DNA of 46,668 nucleotides, taken from assembly GCA_009103225.1 (NCBI GenBank), contig RHPI01000249.1, positions 389,019 to 435,686 on the forward strand, written 5' to 3'. Of the stretch, positions 1 through 11,311 are shown piece by piece. This DNA is from Chlorokybus atmophyticus (Eukaryota > Plantae > Mesostigma and Chlorokybus algae). A model generated the notes under the pieces. The model worked only from the letters and a program-made list of their open reading frames with translations, made no database searches and was not told where the DNA came from. Position 1 is the first letter of the stretch. Each line of letters opens with the position of its first letter. A program made the translations under genes and the position numbers.

Positions 1-1520
1 CCGTCGACACTGAGACAGTAGAGCATGCCGCACCAGATGACGGCCAGCTCCCAGTAGCAGACTTGCGTCCAGACATCTAATTGGACAAGAACTCCTTGCC
101 TACCTTTAGGATGGGCTACACACGGCAGGACTAAGCGCTTGCGAGCGCCACTGCGTCAGTCAATGCTGACAAAACTATTGTTGGGAGGATGGACTTGTCT
201 TCAAACAAGTTCATATCCACAACGAGGAGGTGCCTGTTCCGCAACTGCGCGAGGGCATCATTTCTACACTCAACACCGAGTTGGGACATTTTAAGTCAAA
301 CGTATTGTCAGCTTGGTGAGTGCGTATTTCTGGTGGCATGGCATGCACAGACAGGTGCGCACCTTCATCGCAAACTGTTCGCACTTCGACCTCGTCCGTG
401 CCAGCCTCAACAGTCGTACCAGCACTCTCCACCTGCTGCCCATCGCCGGCATGTTCTACTGGTGGGGACTGGTTATCCTTGAAGACTTAGCACCCTCAGC
501 TTGTGGCAACAAGTACATCCTCGTCATGATCAAGCACTTTTTCAAGTGGATCGAGCTGGTTCCCCTTCTTGACAAGAGCAGCAGAGGAACCGCACAGGCT
601 TTCCTCGAATATGTTCTTAGTCCCTTCGGCTCATATGCTGAAGTTATTACTGGCCAGGGAGCAGAGCTTCAAGGCGAGTTTGACACTTTGCTGGACCGCT
701 CCTACATCGACCATCGCTGCACATCATGCGACCATCCGCAGGCAGATGGACTGGCAGAATGCGTGGTTCAAACATAAGAAAGCATTGCACACGTATGTCA
801 TCGACCACGAAACGCATCTAAGTCGACTACCTCCAATGGATCGCACTTGGCTACCGGCTGTCAAAGCAGGCTTTCATGCGCATGTACAGCCCTTATCAAC
901 TGCTGTTTGGCTGAGAGTTTTCACTTCCTTTTTGCGCACAGAAGGAGGTGGAGCGCGCGCTGGACAACCTCGACGACCCTGTGGCCATGCTAGATAACAT
1001 GCACCAGCGCGCATGCTTATTTGCACACGTCATTCTCATGGCCATGAGCAATCATCAAATCGCCTAGCACCGCAACACGCTGCATTACGAGTGTGTTGTC
1101 GCAGTGAGTTCCACAAGCAGCGCAGTCGCCACTTGAAGGCAGGCGACGATGTCTATCGCATGACTCAAACCCACTACACCCTTGATATCAGCGTCAAGCG
1201 CGTCATCTACAAGGTTTTAAAAGTTCTCCCCTCTGAAGTGCTGGACCTGCTTAGCAACGACGGCGAGCGCCTCAAAAACAACATGGAGAACTGCGCTTCA
1301 TGTCACCTTCCACACGTTGCAGGCTTCGACACCATTTAACATCCCAGGCGCATCAAGCGTTGTGAGAAGTGCGGCAGCGCCGACGACGACGCACTCATGA
1401 TGCTGTGCAATGGCTGCAACAACGGCATGCATTGCTACTGCCTCGACAACCCGAAGGACATCGTTCCGCTGAAGGCGTACTAGTGTGAGGACTGCCGTAT
1501 CAAAGGTCCTCCCCATTCGC
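1..1520 (+). pseudogene. Ty3/Gypsy pol 3' part: integrase (H2C2 zinc-binding + rve core) with C-terminal PHD finger, decayed (copy 1)
   Basis: Translations ...ELGHF..LVSAYFWWHGMHRQVRTFIANCSHFD (H2C2 region), KYILVMIKHFFKWIELVPL..AEVITGQGAELQGEF..DHPQADGLAE (rve core), then CEKC..LCNGC..MHCYC..CEDC; several stops and frameshifts. Confidence 0.9.
1361..1495 (+). other. PHD finger (C4HC3) at integrase C-terminus, in-frame TAG at 1481
   Basis: CEKCGSADDDALMMLCNGCNNGMHCYCLDNPKDIVPLKAY*CEDC has all eight C4HC3 ligands. Confidence 0.9.
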
Positions 1521-1556
1521 TGTAGACTTCTCACTGAAGCAGAGACTTCCCCAGCT

Positions 1557-2183
1557 CAGAAAGGGGGGGGGNGGGGGGGGGGGAGGCTTGTTGACTTCCT
1601 CACTTTGTTAGTAGAGCATTCAGCACGCAGAGCACACAGCACTAGGGTGCAACGCATGTTGGCATCATTATGTGTTCGGCAAACAAGTAGGTACAGGGGG
1701 GTATTCGCCTTTCGTACTGTGCAGCTACACTACCAAATGTCTTCAGGACTGCCACCAGTCCTCATCGTGGCATTACCGCTGGGATCGACCCGGAGGAGCA
1801 CACAACGCTGCTAGGCCCGACAGCAGCTCGTGTGAACGGTCCCAGAGGGACCAACTTCCTCGTGGTGATGCTTGCGGCCAAGCACTGTTCCCGCGCTACC
1901 AGCATCAGGAGGCATTCCACTCAGCTATGCCTACAGCCAGAAATTGACCCCGGCTACGGACATGGGCCCGCGCGCCCACCAAGCAGTTGTGAGTCCGTGT
2001 TCGTAGGTACCTAGTACCAGTTCATTAACCCGTACTAGCTGATCCATTATGAGTTGATTAGGCCTTAATTCAAGTCATATAAGGTAATGGCTACTTTTGT
2101 AAACTAGCCGTTATCTTAAAACTAAATAGATGTCACTTGACTATGAAGGCTTAAGACTTTATCTCTGTACGTTGATGACACTG
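1557..2183 (+). repeat. Polypurine tract (AGAAAG + G run) and putative 3' LTR starting TGTTGAC at 1589; right end uncertain
   Basis: Purine run directly after the integrase stop, then a TG start; the sequence is shared with 20194-20760 up to ~2183. Confidence 0.7.
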
Positions 2184-2510
2184 TAAGTGGGAATTGAGTA
2201 TTGAGAAGTACGGATGTTGATCTTTTTAGTGCTATAAACTTGCTCTCTAAAGGTTGTGGCTTGATGTGAATGCATCACCTCGCCGCCCCGGTTGTCAAGA
2301 CACATCTACACGTGAGAGAATGCAGCGTATGCACACGTGCATTGCTTATTATTTCATGGGATTGTGATTGTAATTGCGTGGGTGCACGTCGTGTGGTCCG
2401 CATCAGACTATGGTATCTACGTGTTGCCGACTTCATACTCAACTTAACAGTGGAACTATCTTGACTTCATGCAAGGAACTATATAAGCAGCACTACCTCT
2501 AGTTGTGGCT

Positions 2511-2740
2511 TGTTGACTTGCTCATTGCTACAATGTTGGCAGAGCATTCAACACGCAGAGCACACAGCACTAGGGTGCAGCACATGTTGGCATCATCACA
2601 TGTGTTCGGCACACAAGTAGGTACAGGCAGGGTGGTATTCTTTGCCTTCCGTACTTTGCGGCTACACTAACAGACATCGTTAAAACAGCCACCAACCTCG
2701 TCGTGGCAATGCATTGGAATCGACGTGGAGGAGCACATGT
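2511..2740 (+). repeat. Third, truncated copy of the same Gypsy LTR 5' part
   Basis: TGTTGACTTGCTC..AGAGCATTCAACACGCAGAGCACACAGCACTAGGGTGCAGCACATGTTGGCATC aligns to 1589.. and 20194.. Confidence 0.8.
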
Positions 2741-2779
2741 GCTCCTCCGGGTGTTTTAGGGTCGTGTACACGACCCTAC

Positions 2780-4213
2780 CAGGCCCGATACTCCTGCCTT
2801 CAGCACCTCTTCATAAGCCAGCTGGCTGGAACAGCTGCTCCCACGATCTTTAAGCTCTCCCGTTTGTGTATGCCCTTTGACGGCCCTTGTGCCATCGACA
2901 ACCCGTGTCCTCCCTTGCACAGCCCTTGTGCCAATAACAGCTCATGTTCTCCCTTTGACAGGTCTTCTGATGTTGAGACTCTTTGTGCCTTCTCAACCAC
3001 CCTTGCAATCGATGCTGCCTCCTCCACATAATAGAGCTCGTCCTTGTAGATCCCTACCAGCTGTGTGACACCCCCAAGGACTACCAGATAGTATCATAGC
3101 CCTATCCATGTCAAACATAGCCCTAGCACCTACTTTTGTGGCTGCACGCACTGAGAACAAACTAGCACATGCACTTGGCACATGCAACACATCCTAAAGC
3201 ACAACATGCTTTACTACACGTCCAACTCTGTACCTGAGATGGACGTCTCCCTTGGCAGCTGCCTTCATCTTTTTCATGTTGCTAAAATTTACCATGACCG
3301 GTCCAGGAAGAAGAGTGTAAATGGTGAGCTTCTCTTTGTCACTTGTGAAATGCCTTGTAGCTCCCGTATCCAGCACCCACCCATTGACAACCCCAGCATT
3401 GGCAGCCTCAGGATCTTGAGCTTGTATACTGGCATGGAAAGCGATTGCACGCTCCCCACCTTGCACCACCCCCGCGAATGCCTTTGCACCTTCCTCCTCC
3501 TTCCTCTTGAGACACTGTAGCTTGAAATGGCCACGCTCCCCACAGTACCAGCACTCTCAGCTGCTACCATGAGCGCCCTTCTATTTAAAGTGCTTGCTTG
3601 CTAAGGTCACAAACGCCACAGCACCTCCAGCAGCTCGTTCCGCATCCTCTTTCTTCAAGCACTGCTCCTCTTGAGGAAGCCTTGGTATCACTACAACAAG
3701 TGTCAAGTCCTTCATCCCGGACTCCAAGATAGTGACCACCACGCGAAACTCCACTGACAGCCCGCTAAGGACAATCCACACCACTTCAACTTAATTGAGC
3801 TCGCGGCAACCGCACAGCAAGTCTCTCCGCAATGCTTTCGCCCGTGAGATGTACATGTACTTGGTGATTGGCTCCCCGCACTCCTTGCGCAATGAGATAA
3901 GCTCTTGCCTTAGCTGCAGCCTCCTCGCCATGTTGCGCGCCTTGAAGTGGCTCCTCAACTGCGTCCATAGCTCCATTGCACCCTTCCACTCCTTCACCAA
4001 CACCTGGTGATGCTCAGCCACGTGCAAGCCTATCAATGCTGGTGCTTTTCTGCCTTGTATGGTCGAGACGCTCTCTTGTCCGACTGGAACCTTCTCCTCC
4101 GGGTCTACGTACTTCCACATGTCCTTGTGCGTCAGTAGCAGCTCCGTCTTCACGCTCCATATGCTGTAGTTGTCAACGTCTAGTGCTTCAGTTGCGATCT
4201 TCATACTTTTCAT
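2780..4213 (-). pseudogene. Ty1/Copia gag (UBN2-type + CCHC) and aspartic protease, followed by a non-integrase charged tail; decayed
   Basis: EALDVDNYSIWSVKTELLL, ARRLQLRQEL, ECWYCGERGHFKLQC, GWVLDTGATRHF, DVLHVPSACASLFSV, LYYVEEAA. Confidence 0.88.
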
Positions 4214-4329
4214 GCTTGTGACCTTAATTGCCCCTCTGCTGCTCGCGGACTGTTAAGAATCAGGTCGAAGTTCAGTCAGCTTGATAGCTTGATAGCTCGT
4301 GTTGTGTAGGCCTTGGGCTTGTATACATG

Positions 4330-5195
4330 TACACTAGCTATTTCGATGTAGTGGACGGATTTAAGCACTAAAAGGGCAGGATTTGCAGGACTGGGTTTGA
4401 GTCTGGCTCGTGAGTTTAAGTCAGATCGGGGTTTGTAAACCCCGTATGGGTCTTGATCGAGTTTTGGCTGTTGAGAAACCGCTCCAAGGTTTCAGAGTGG
4501 CGGTTGCAGCGTTGGACTTGGCACCACCAGGCGGGAGGCGGCGTGGGTGGCCTTGAGGGCATGTGAAGGACGACCTCAAGTGTACTCTTAGCATGTACCA
4601 GGCTGGTTTAACTCAGCTAGCACGTGTACAAGACGGTTGGGCTGGTCTGGAGCTTAAAATAGCTTAAAATAGTCTTGATCGTCACACCAGTCAGGTTTGT
4701 GCTGTACTTGAATTATATAAGTAGGCTTGATTTGTGTACGGTTGGTCTACATTGCTTGCACAACCTTGTTGAGCTTGCTGCTGCGTTGTTACTTGTGTTC
4801 ACGTGTGTTACACCCTTAGTTCTAGTTTTACACACAGTAGTGCTTCAAGTCTGAGTGTGTGAGTGATTGAGTCTGCATTTCTCAAGCCTTATCTACTTAG
4901 ATTGTCAACAGGTTATGGCTCACTATTTGTTGTGTAGAGAAGAAGATAGAGGGTTGAGGTTGCTGTAGAGATGAGCCCTGAGCCCGTGAAAGTTGATGGA
5001 CTTCATTTTATGTGTGGTGCAAATAATCTTCTAAGTTGTTTTGGGTGTAGCACACCAGATGGCACTTAGCTTAGAGAAGGTTATCATTGAGGCTTTGCAT
5101 TGAACAATTATAGCACGTCGAGCGTTAAGGTGAAGAGTTACTTGAGGACAAAGCAACTTGGAAAGTATGTGGACCCAAGTATAATTGCAACCATT
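4330..5195 (+). mobile_element. Copia 5' LTR (ends ..TGTCAACA at 4910; left end uncertain), PBS GGTTATGGCTC and gag N-terminus; interrupted by the L1
   Basis: CA end followed by a copia-type PBS; gag-like KVIIEALHXNNYST..VKVKSYLRTKQLGKYVDP; gag resumes at ~15975. Confidence 0.75.
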
Positions 5196-5491
5196 GGAGA
5201 GGGGGGCGAATTCGCGCGGCGGCGACGGCAGCGGCGGCGACGTTCTTCTAGGCCAAATTCGCGGTCAAAGTGATAGTGGCGGCCCGGGGGTAAGTGGGGG
5301 CGGGGGGCTCTCCGCTCCTCCAGCGTCCCTGGGTGGCCGTCCCAAGCCTGCTGTCCCCATCTCTTATTCCTTTGCTGGTCAACGCNCCCTTCGCGCGCAT
5401 CCACCACGCCCAACCTCTCACCCTCTCCCCTACGATGGCCGAGGACGACAGCTCCCATCCCATGGAGCTGGCGGACTCCCTTGTCCCCCAC

Positions 5492-6046
5492 CATAGTCAC
5501 ATAGTACGCGACTTTTGGCAAAATCATACGTAATAATACGCGTGCAACAAGCAGTTGTTGCATTTACATTGAAAGTACGTGACATCGTATGTTTATAGGA
5601 TTAAAATAGGGCATTTACCCTAAATGACCGATTATGGCGCAACAGACAGCCGTCGGTGACCGCCGCGCGAGACCTGTCACGTTGCGGGCAGGTCGCGGCA
5701 GCGTTGGTATATGCCCGGTCACACTGCAAGTAAATACGAATTACAAATTATCAAAAAGTGCTGTTACACCATTCAACATACATCAAAGCACTGCATCATT
5801 AATAACAGAGACTTTCACATTGTCGTTGGTGGATCAAACATTGTGTTATGGTGTATTGTGATGTATAATGAGTTGCTCATCATGTACGAGCTTATGTAAT
5901 GTACGTTACATGTTATTGCCATGCATCATTATTTCATACAAAGGTATGAAATACGTACTGGCCAACGTACTGAGAAAAAGTACGAAAAATTACACGTACT
6001 TTGTGTATCACGTATCATTACACGTACTGCGTACTGTGTGACTATG
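5492..6046. mobile_element. Non-autonomous TIR element (hAT-like MITE, 555 bp)
   Basis: 18-bp TIR CATAGTCACA(T/C)AGTACGC; 8-bp TSD tcccccac/ccccccac (1 mismatch); TACGT/CGTAC motifs near both ends; removal restores the ORF1 frame. Confidence 0.85.
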
Positions 6047-6752
6047 CCCCCCACCCCGTCCACCCCGATCCCCCTCCACCCTCCCCCATTACCGATCCCA
6101 CTCACTCCCCCCCCCTTCCCGGCCGGAGTCCTGCCAGTCAGTCGGCTGCTCTTTATTCAGCCTATAGCTGGCTACCTGAAGATCCGGGCCATACTCAAAG
6201 GCGAATTGATCCCTCTCCGCCTCCTTGGGCAGCTCCTCACCCTCCCTCACGCCACACCACGCAGGTGCACGAGGCTTTGCTGTCTTGCGCTTCATCAGTG
6301 GAAGTGTGTTCGGATGCGGTAGACGATGCGCTGCTAGATGTGAAACCACCTAGCCCGTTTACTCACACTTGGCACACATCTACACGGAGCATGTCTAGTG
6401 TTGTAGTTATCCTTCACTCCCTCCTCCACCTCTATAACATCTATGCGTTTAACATGGCTACGTGTGGTGTCCACGGACTGGGGAGGGGGATGTGCTATCT
6501 CCTCAGCGTACCTTAACGTTGCTGGGGAGTTCACATGCGTATTCTCCTCGGAGGGTGCGGTTGCGGAATTCTTGCAGCGTTTCAGAAAGGACACGTTATC
6601 GCTGTGCGAACGCCTTGCAATTCGTGTAGTGCGGTGGGGCGCTGCCCCTCCACCCAAGTTTTGGGTTTCATTTCTTGGCGTAACAGCTGAGCTAAAGCCA
6701 GCAGTGCCAGTGGCGTTGGCGAGCTACGGCAAGCTTGGCGATCCTATCTCTT

Positions 6753-7164
6753 TGTTGACATACACACGTGCAAGTGACACGCCAACAACATCCAATCACA
6801 AGAGCATGACTGCTACTGCCGTTAATGCCATACAGATCTTGGGGTTCTATACCCCGCTAGTTTCTACACACGTCTACATTTGCAAGCACCGCGTGCGATA
6901 TTTTCAGCTTTTTGATACGCTGTAAGTTGCGCTGTTTAGCTCACGATTAGAGCATTTTAATAAGCTATGCCATGTCTGCTAAGCTTACATGTTATAATGC
7001 TACGTGGTTTCTCCCAATGCTCTACTCAGCATCTGGTCCAGAGTCCGTCCTGGCTCAACCGTCTTGCTAAGTCCGGAGTACGTGCTCAGCCTAAAGTACC
7101 TTCGACTCGTATGTGAAGGGCAAGCTAACCAAATATAAGCATTACCCATGTAATACACTCAACA
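6753..7164 (-). repeat. 3' LTR of the gag-PR-only Copia
   Basis: Direct repeat of 8810-9247; preceded on the - strand by GCTGCCCGCGTGGGAG in the PPT position. Confidence 0.9.
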
Positions 7165-8809
7165 CTCCCACGCGGGCAGCTTGGTCTCCGACACCCCCAA
7201 CATACTCACATGCAATCCACGCTTCTCTTCTTCCGAACAATGGCAAAGAAGCTCCTCACATCCTCTTGCTCCAGCTCCTCCACGCTTCCCACCAAAGCTT
7301 GAAACTTGTTTGTATGGAACACCTTGTCCTTCACAGCAACTTGGAACTCCTGGTTGACCTTCAGCTTCATGCCCACCTTGTCTTTGTGCTGCTCCTGCTG
7401 CATATGCTTCTTATAGCTCATGGCTCCCACGGGCTCCGAGCTCCTTGTGATAGCAACCTTCTGTACAAACATGTGCCTCCTCCTTGTTGCCATAACCTTG
7501 TAGTTTCCTGAACGCTGTTTTCTCCACCATTGTCTTTCACCCTTCACCCGGTCAACAACCTTGAGCGCACTGTCCTCCTCCACATAGTAGAGTCCACCCT
7601 TGATGCCAACTACATGCGTGACACCGCCAAGTTCTATGCGAGCCTTGTCCGCATTGAACACAGCCCTTGCACCAACTATCGTGGCTCTACGTACTGAGTA
7701 CAAACTGGCACATGCACCTGCCACATACATTATATCCTCAAGCACAACCTCCTTTACCACACCACCAACCTTGCACCTCAATTGGCATCTCCCTTTGCAA
7801 TAGCTTCGTAAATCTTCCGGTTCCCAAAGTCCACCGTGACTGGCTCAGGTACAAGAGTGAGGTTGGTGAGCTGGCTCATGTCGCTTGTAAAGTGTATGTT
7901 TGCTCCCATGTCCAGCACTTTCCCAGGATACTCCGCTCCCTCATCCGATGGAAAGCAACCGCTCCAGATTATGCTCACCATTAGCCTTTTTCACATTGGG
8001 ACAATACCATTAAAGGTGATCACGATCCCGCAATGCCAACACTCCACATTGCTGCTTCGAGTGCCCTGCTTCACATGCCTTGATGAACTCACGAAGGCCA
8101 CAGCACCTCCAGCCGTTCCCTCTCCATCATCGTCCTCGTTCCTCAAGCATTGCATCTTGAAGAAGCATCGGTGTCTCCCCATCAATTGACAAGTCCTCCT
8201 TTGCAGACTCCAAGATAGTGACAACAACCCTGTACTCCTTGGGCAAACCTGAAAGCACAGCCCACACCACCTCAACTTCTTTGAGCTCGTGGCCAACACC
8301 AAGCAAGCCCCTCCACAATGTCTTCACTCGCGCCATGAACTTGATCATGGGCTCCCCGCTCTCCTTGCGCAATGAGTTGAGCTCCTGCCTCATCTGCAGT
8401 CTCTCATTGCCATGTTGCGCGACTTGAAGTGGCTATCCAATCTCGTCCGAAGCTCTTGTGCACTCTTGCACTCCTTCACTAGCATCAGGTGATGATCAGC
8501 CATGTGCAAGCCTATAAAAGAAAAAGCCTGTCTCCCTTGTGTTGCTCAGACACTCGCCTACAGGGACTGCCTCCGCCGGATCCACTTACTTCCAGAGCTC
8601 TTTGTGGGCTAGTAGTAGCTCCATATGTTGTAATTGGCAACGTCCAGTGTCTTTATTGTGAACTTCAAGCCGTCCATGCTCGTGGCCGTGATTACCTCTC
8701 GGCAACTTGCAGACCTTACAACCTACTACTCCACACCAAGCAACTACAGCTATTCACACAATTGTAACACACTCCATCAACCTACACAAGCATGTGTGAG
8801 CCCATAACC

Positions 8810-9247
8810 TGTTGACATACACACGTGCAAGTGACACGCCAACAACATCAACACAAGAGCATGACTGCTATTGCCATTATTGCCAAACAGGTTCAAGCTT
8901 TCTATACCCCGCCAGTTTCTACACACGTTTACATTTGCAAGCACCGCGTGCGCTATACTCAGCTTTTTGACACGCTATGAATTGCGCTGTTTAGCTCACG
9001 ACCAGAGCTTTCCAATAAGCTACGCCACGTCTGCTAAGCTTACGTACAATGCTACGTAGTTTGGTGTGTTGTTTGTTTTTTTTTCTCCTTACGCTCTACT
9101 CAGCATTTGGTCTAAAGTCCGTCCTGGCTCGACCACCTTGCTAAGTCCGGAGTCCACGTGCTCAGCTTAAAGTACCTTCGACCCTCGACTCCTACGTGGA
9201 GGGCAAGCTGACCGAATACAAGCATCACCCATGTAATACCTTCAACA
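8810..9247 (-). repeat. 5' LTR of the gag-PR-only Copia
   Basis: Direct repeat of 6753-7164 with a small GT/T-rich expansion near 9060-9085; adjacent to the PBS. Confidence 0.9.
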
Positions 9248-10309
9248 CTCTTCTACGGTGGTGCGCGACTCGTTCCTCACCCCCAACACCCGGTATGCAT
9301 TTGCACCTCTTGCGGGAAGGGTCCTCCCTCGTAGGCTGCATAGTGCATATGCAGCATGGCAATGAGGTTAGGATGCACGTGGTAGTGGTCCTCACCCCTT
9401 CCTCCCCGCCTACTTGCTTTCATTGTTTGGTTGAAGGACACATCTAAGACAAGTGCCCTCGCACTAAGCATCTCAGGCATGCTTCAGCTTCGACAGGGGC
9501 GCTCGCGGCTGCTAAACATTCTTCCCCAAACCGCGCTGGTACTGGTGGCGCTGGCAGACCTCCTTATCCGCTCCCCACCTCTGGTCGAGGCAGGTCCGTA
9601 GCTGCGTCTTCATCAATTCCTCACCAGCGGACGGCTGGCGTTGCTCCTCCCCGCCAGACCCCGCCTCCAGTGTTTTTGGCGCCAGTTGTTGTCACGCACC
9701 GGTTAGCAATGATGCTGGGCCCGCAAGTGGGGGATGATCACTCCAAGATCAAGCGCAAGAAGTCCAATTTCAGCTTGGCGAAGACTGCTCACCTTTCTCA
9801 ACCCGTTGGCTAGCGCTCGCTGGAGACATGAGTGTTGCAACAGGAAGCGAAGCAGGAGGTGCCTACTCCTCCGCACTTTGAAGAGCGAGTGGTGACATAG
9901 AATGTGGGGTCTCAAGTCTCTGCTCCCGCGCAATCTGTCTCCCCCGGGTTTGGGGGGCCTGGGCGTCAATAGCGCAATCATCGCACAGCGGGCGCCGGCT
10001 GAACAGCTGGAGTCTTCTTCCCCTCGCTCCGAGCAGCCGGCACAGTTCTTGCGTCGTCTCCCCCGCATCCTCTCCTCTTTGCTAGGCATGTTGGAACAGG
10101 AGGCGAGTGCAGTGACGAAGGCATACGTTGTGCTCGTGGTGTTCGATCATCTGCGCGGAGGCACAGGGCGCACTTCCATTTTGCTTACGGATCCAGGACA
10201 GAATATGGGGTTGCGTTTTGTGCGGGCCCTCCCCCCGGACAATACGCCTAATTCTGAGCAGCGCAGCTGGTGGCGCCCCCAGCTGTTGTCGGCGCTGGAG
10301 AAGGTGGGC

Positions 10310-10848
10310 TCTTGATATTCGGACAAGCTACTACACATGCTACATCCTGAGCATACACACATGCACAGCAACTGCCTCACAAGAGCATACATACGCTACA
10401 TTGTGTCCCCTACAAGCTTAGATTACCATGAGTTCACGGGCTTTTGTATACCGCCAGGTCTCTACATACGTTTACTCTAGCAAGCACCACGTAAGTTATA
10501 CTCAGTTAAACACGGCGCTGTAAGTTTTGCCACGTAGCTAGCTTTACACGCATTTTAACAAGCTATGCCACGCGCCATACACTTAACAACACACGGAGTT
10601 CTTGCCATCCTTCTGGTGATTTGGGCTGCGCCAACCTGCGCCAGACTCAACCAACTCCGGAGTCTTCGGGCTTGCTCACACTCACGTCGCACACTGTCCA
10701 GATATCTGCCACTTGACTCACACAACTGCTCGATATCAGTCCTTATACCATAACCACTAGTACTTTAAGGACTTAGCCATTTCAAGCTGCTCGAACTTGT
10801 TCATAGTATGCAACTCCACAATGCAACTATGCAAGCCAACTTCCAACA
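10310..10848. mobile_element. Solo LTR (539 bp) related to the 6753/8810 Copia LTRs
   Basis: TSD TGGGC at 10305-10309 and 10849-10853; ends T(c)TTGA..CCAACA; shares CTACA(T/C)ACGT(T/C)TAC..GCAAGCACC..CTGTAAGTT..AAGCTATGCCA with those LTRs. Confidence 0.85.
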
Positions 10849-11311
10849 TGGGCTACCTCTCCGCTTCGGACCAGCTGGATATGGTAATGGAGTTTACAAG
10901 CCTGAACATCCAGGCTGTCACGATGATAGTGGCGGGAGAGCGGGTAGCTTATGTGCTGCTCTCGTGCCTAGCAAAGCCGGACTTCTCTCTGCACCCTCTG
11001 CATACGATGCAACGGTGCGTGACTCTGGCTGACTGGCTTTAGCACGCCACCTCTCGCAGCCCGGGCAAGTCTCAATCAACGGGCGCTCAGCTCCTTGCAA
11101 TGATTTTCGGTTGGCGCACGCCTTATCTTCGGGAGGGTGGGCCGGATGACAAAGGAGCACCTCTCTTCCCTTACTCTCCTCCTTCAACCACTTAGCGTGG
11201 CCTTGCAGTTGGCGAGCCAGAGGGTGGTGCCGGCTCTCTCCGTCCTCGTCAACTCTTCGCGAAGTCACATGAACCTTTAAGCTCTATGGACTTGACCTCA
11301 TCGGGGAGGTG

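Larger units (their letters stand above)
6753..9247 (-). mobile_element. Two-LTR Copia-derived element (2495 bp) with gag + PR only; no IN, RT or RNase H
   Basis: LTRs 8810-9247 and 6753-7164 with TGTTGA..TCAACA ends; TSD CTCTT at 6748-6752 and 9248-9252; PBS GGTTATGGGCTC at 8798-8809 (-); gag MRQELNSLRKESGEP, PR VLDMGANIHF. Confidence 0.93.
5435..11042 (+). pseudogene. L1 ORF1 (Pro-rich N-terminus, CCHC zinc knuckle), split by insertions at 5492, 6753 and 10310
   Basis: MAEDDSSHPMELADSLVPH|PVHPDPPPP.. joins across the MITE; CFHCLVEGHI*DKCP at ~9413-9460; EKVG|YLSASDQL joins across the solo LTR. Confidence 0.8.
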
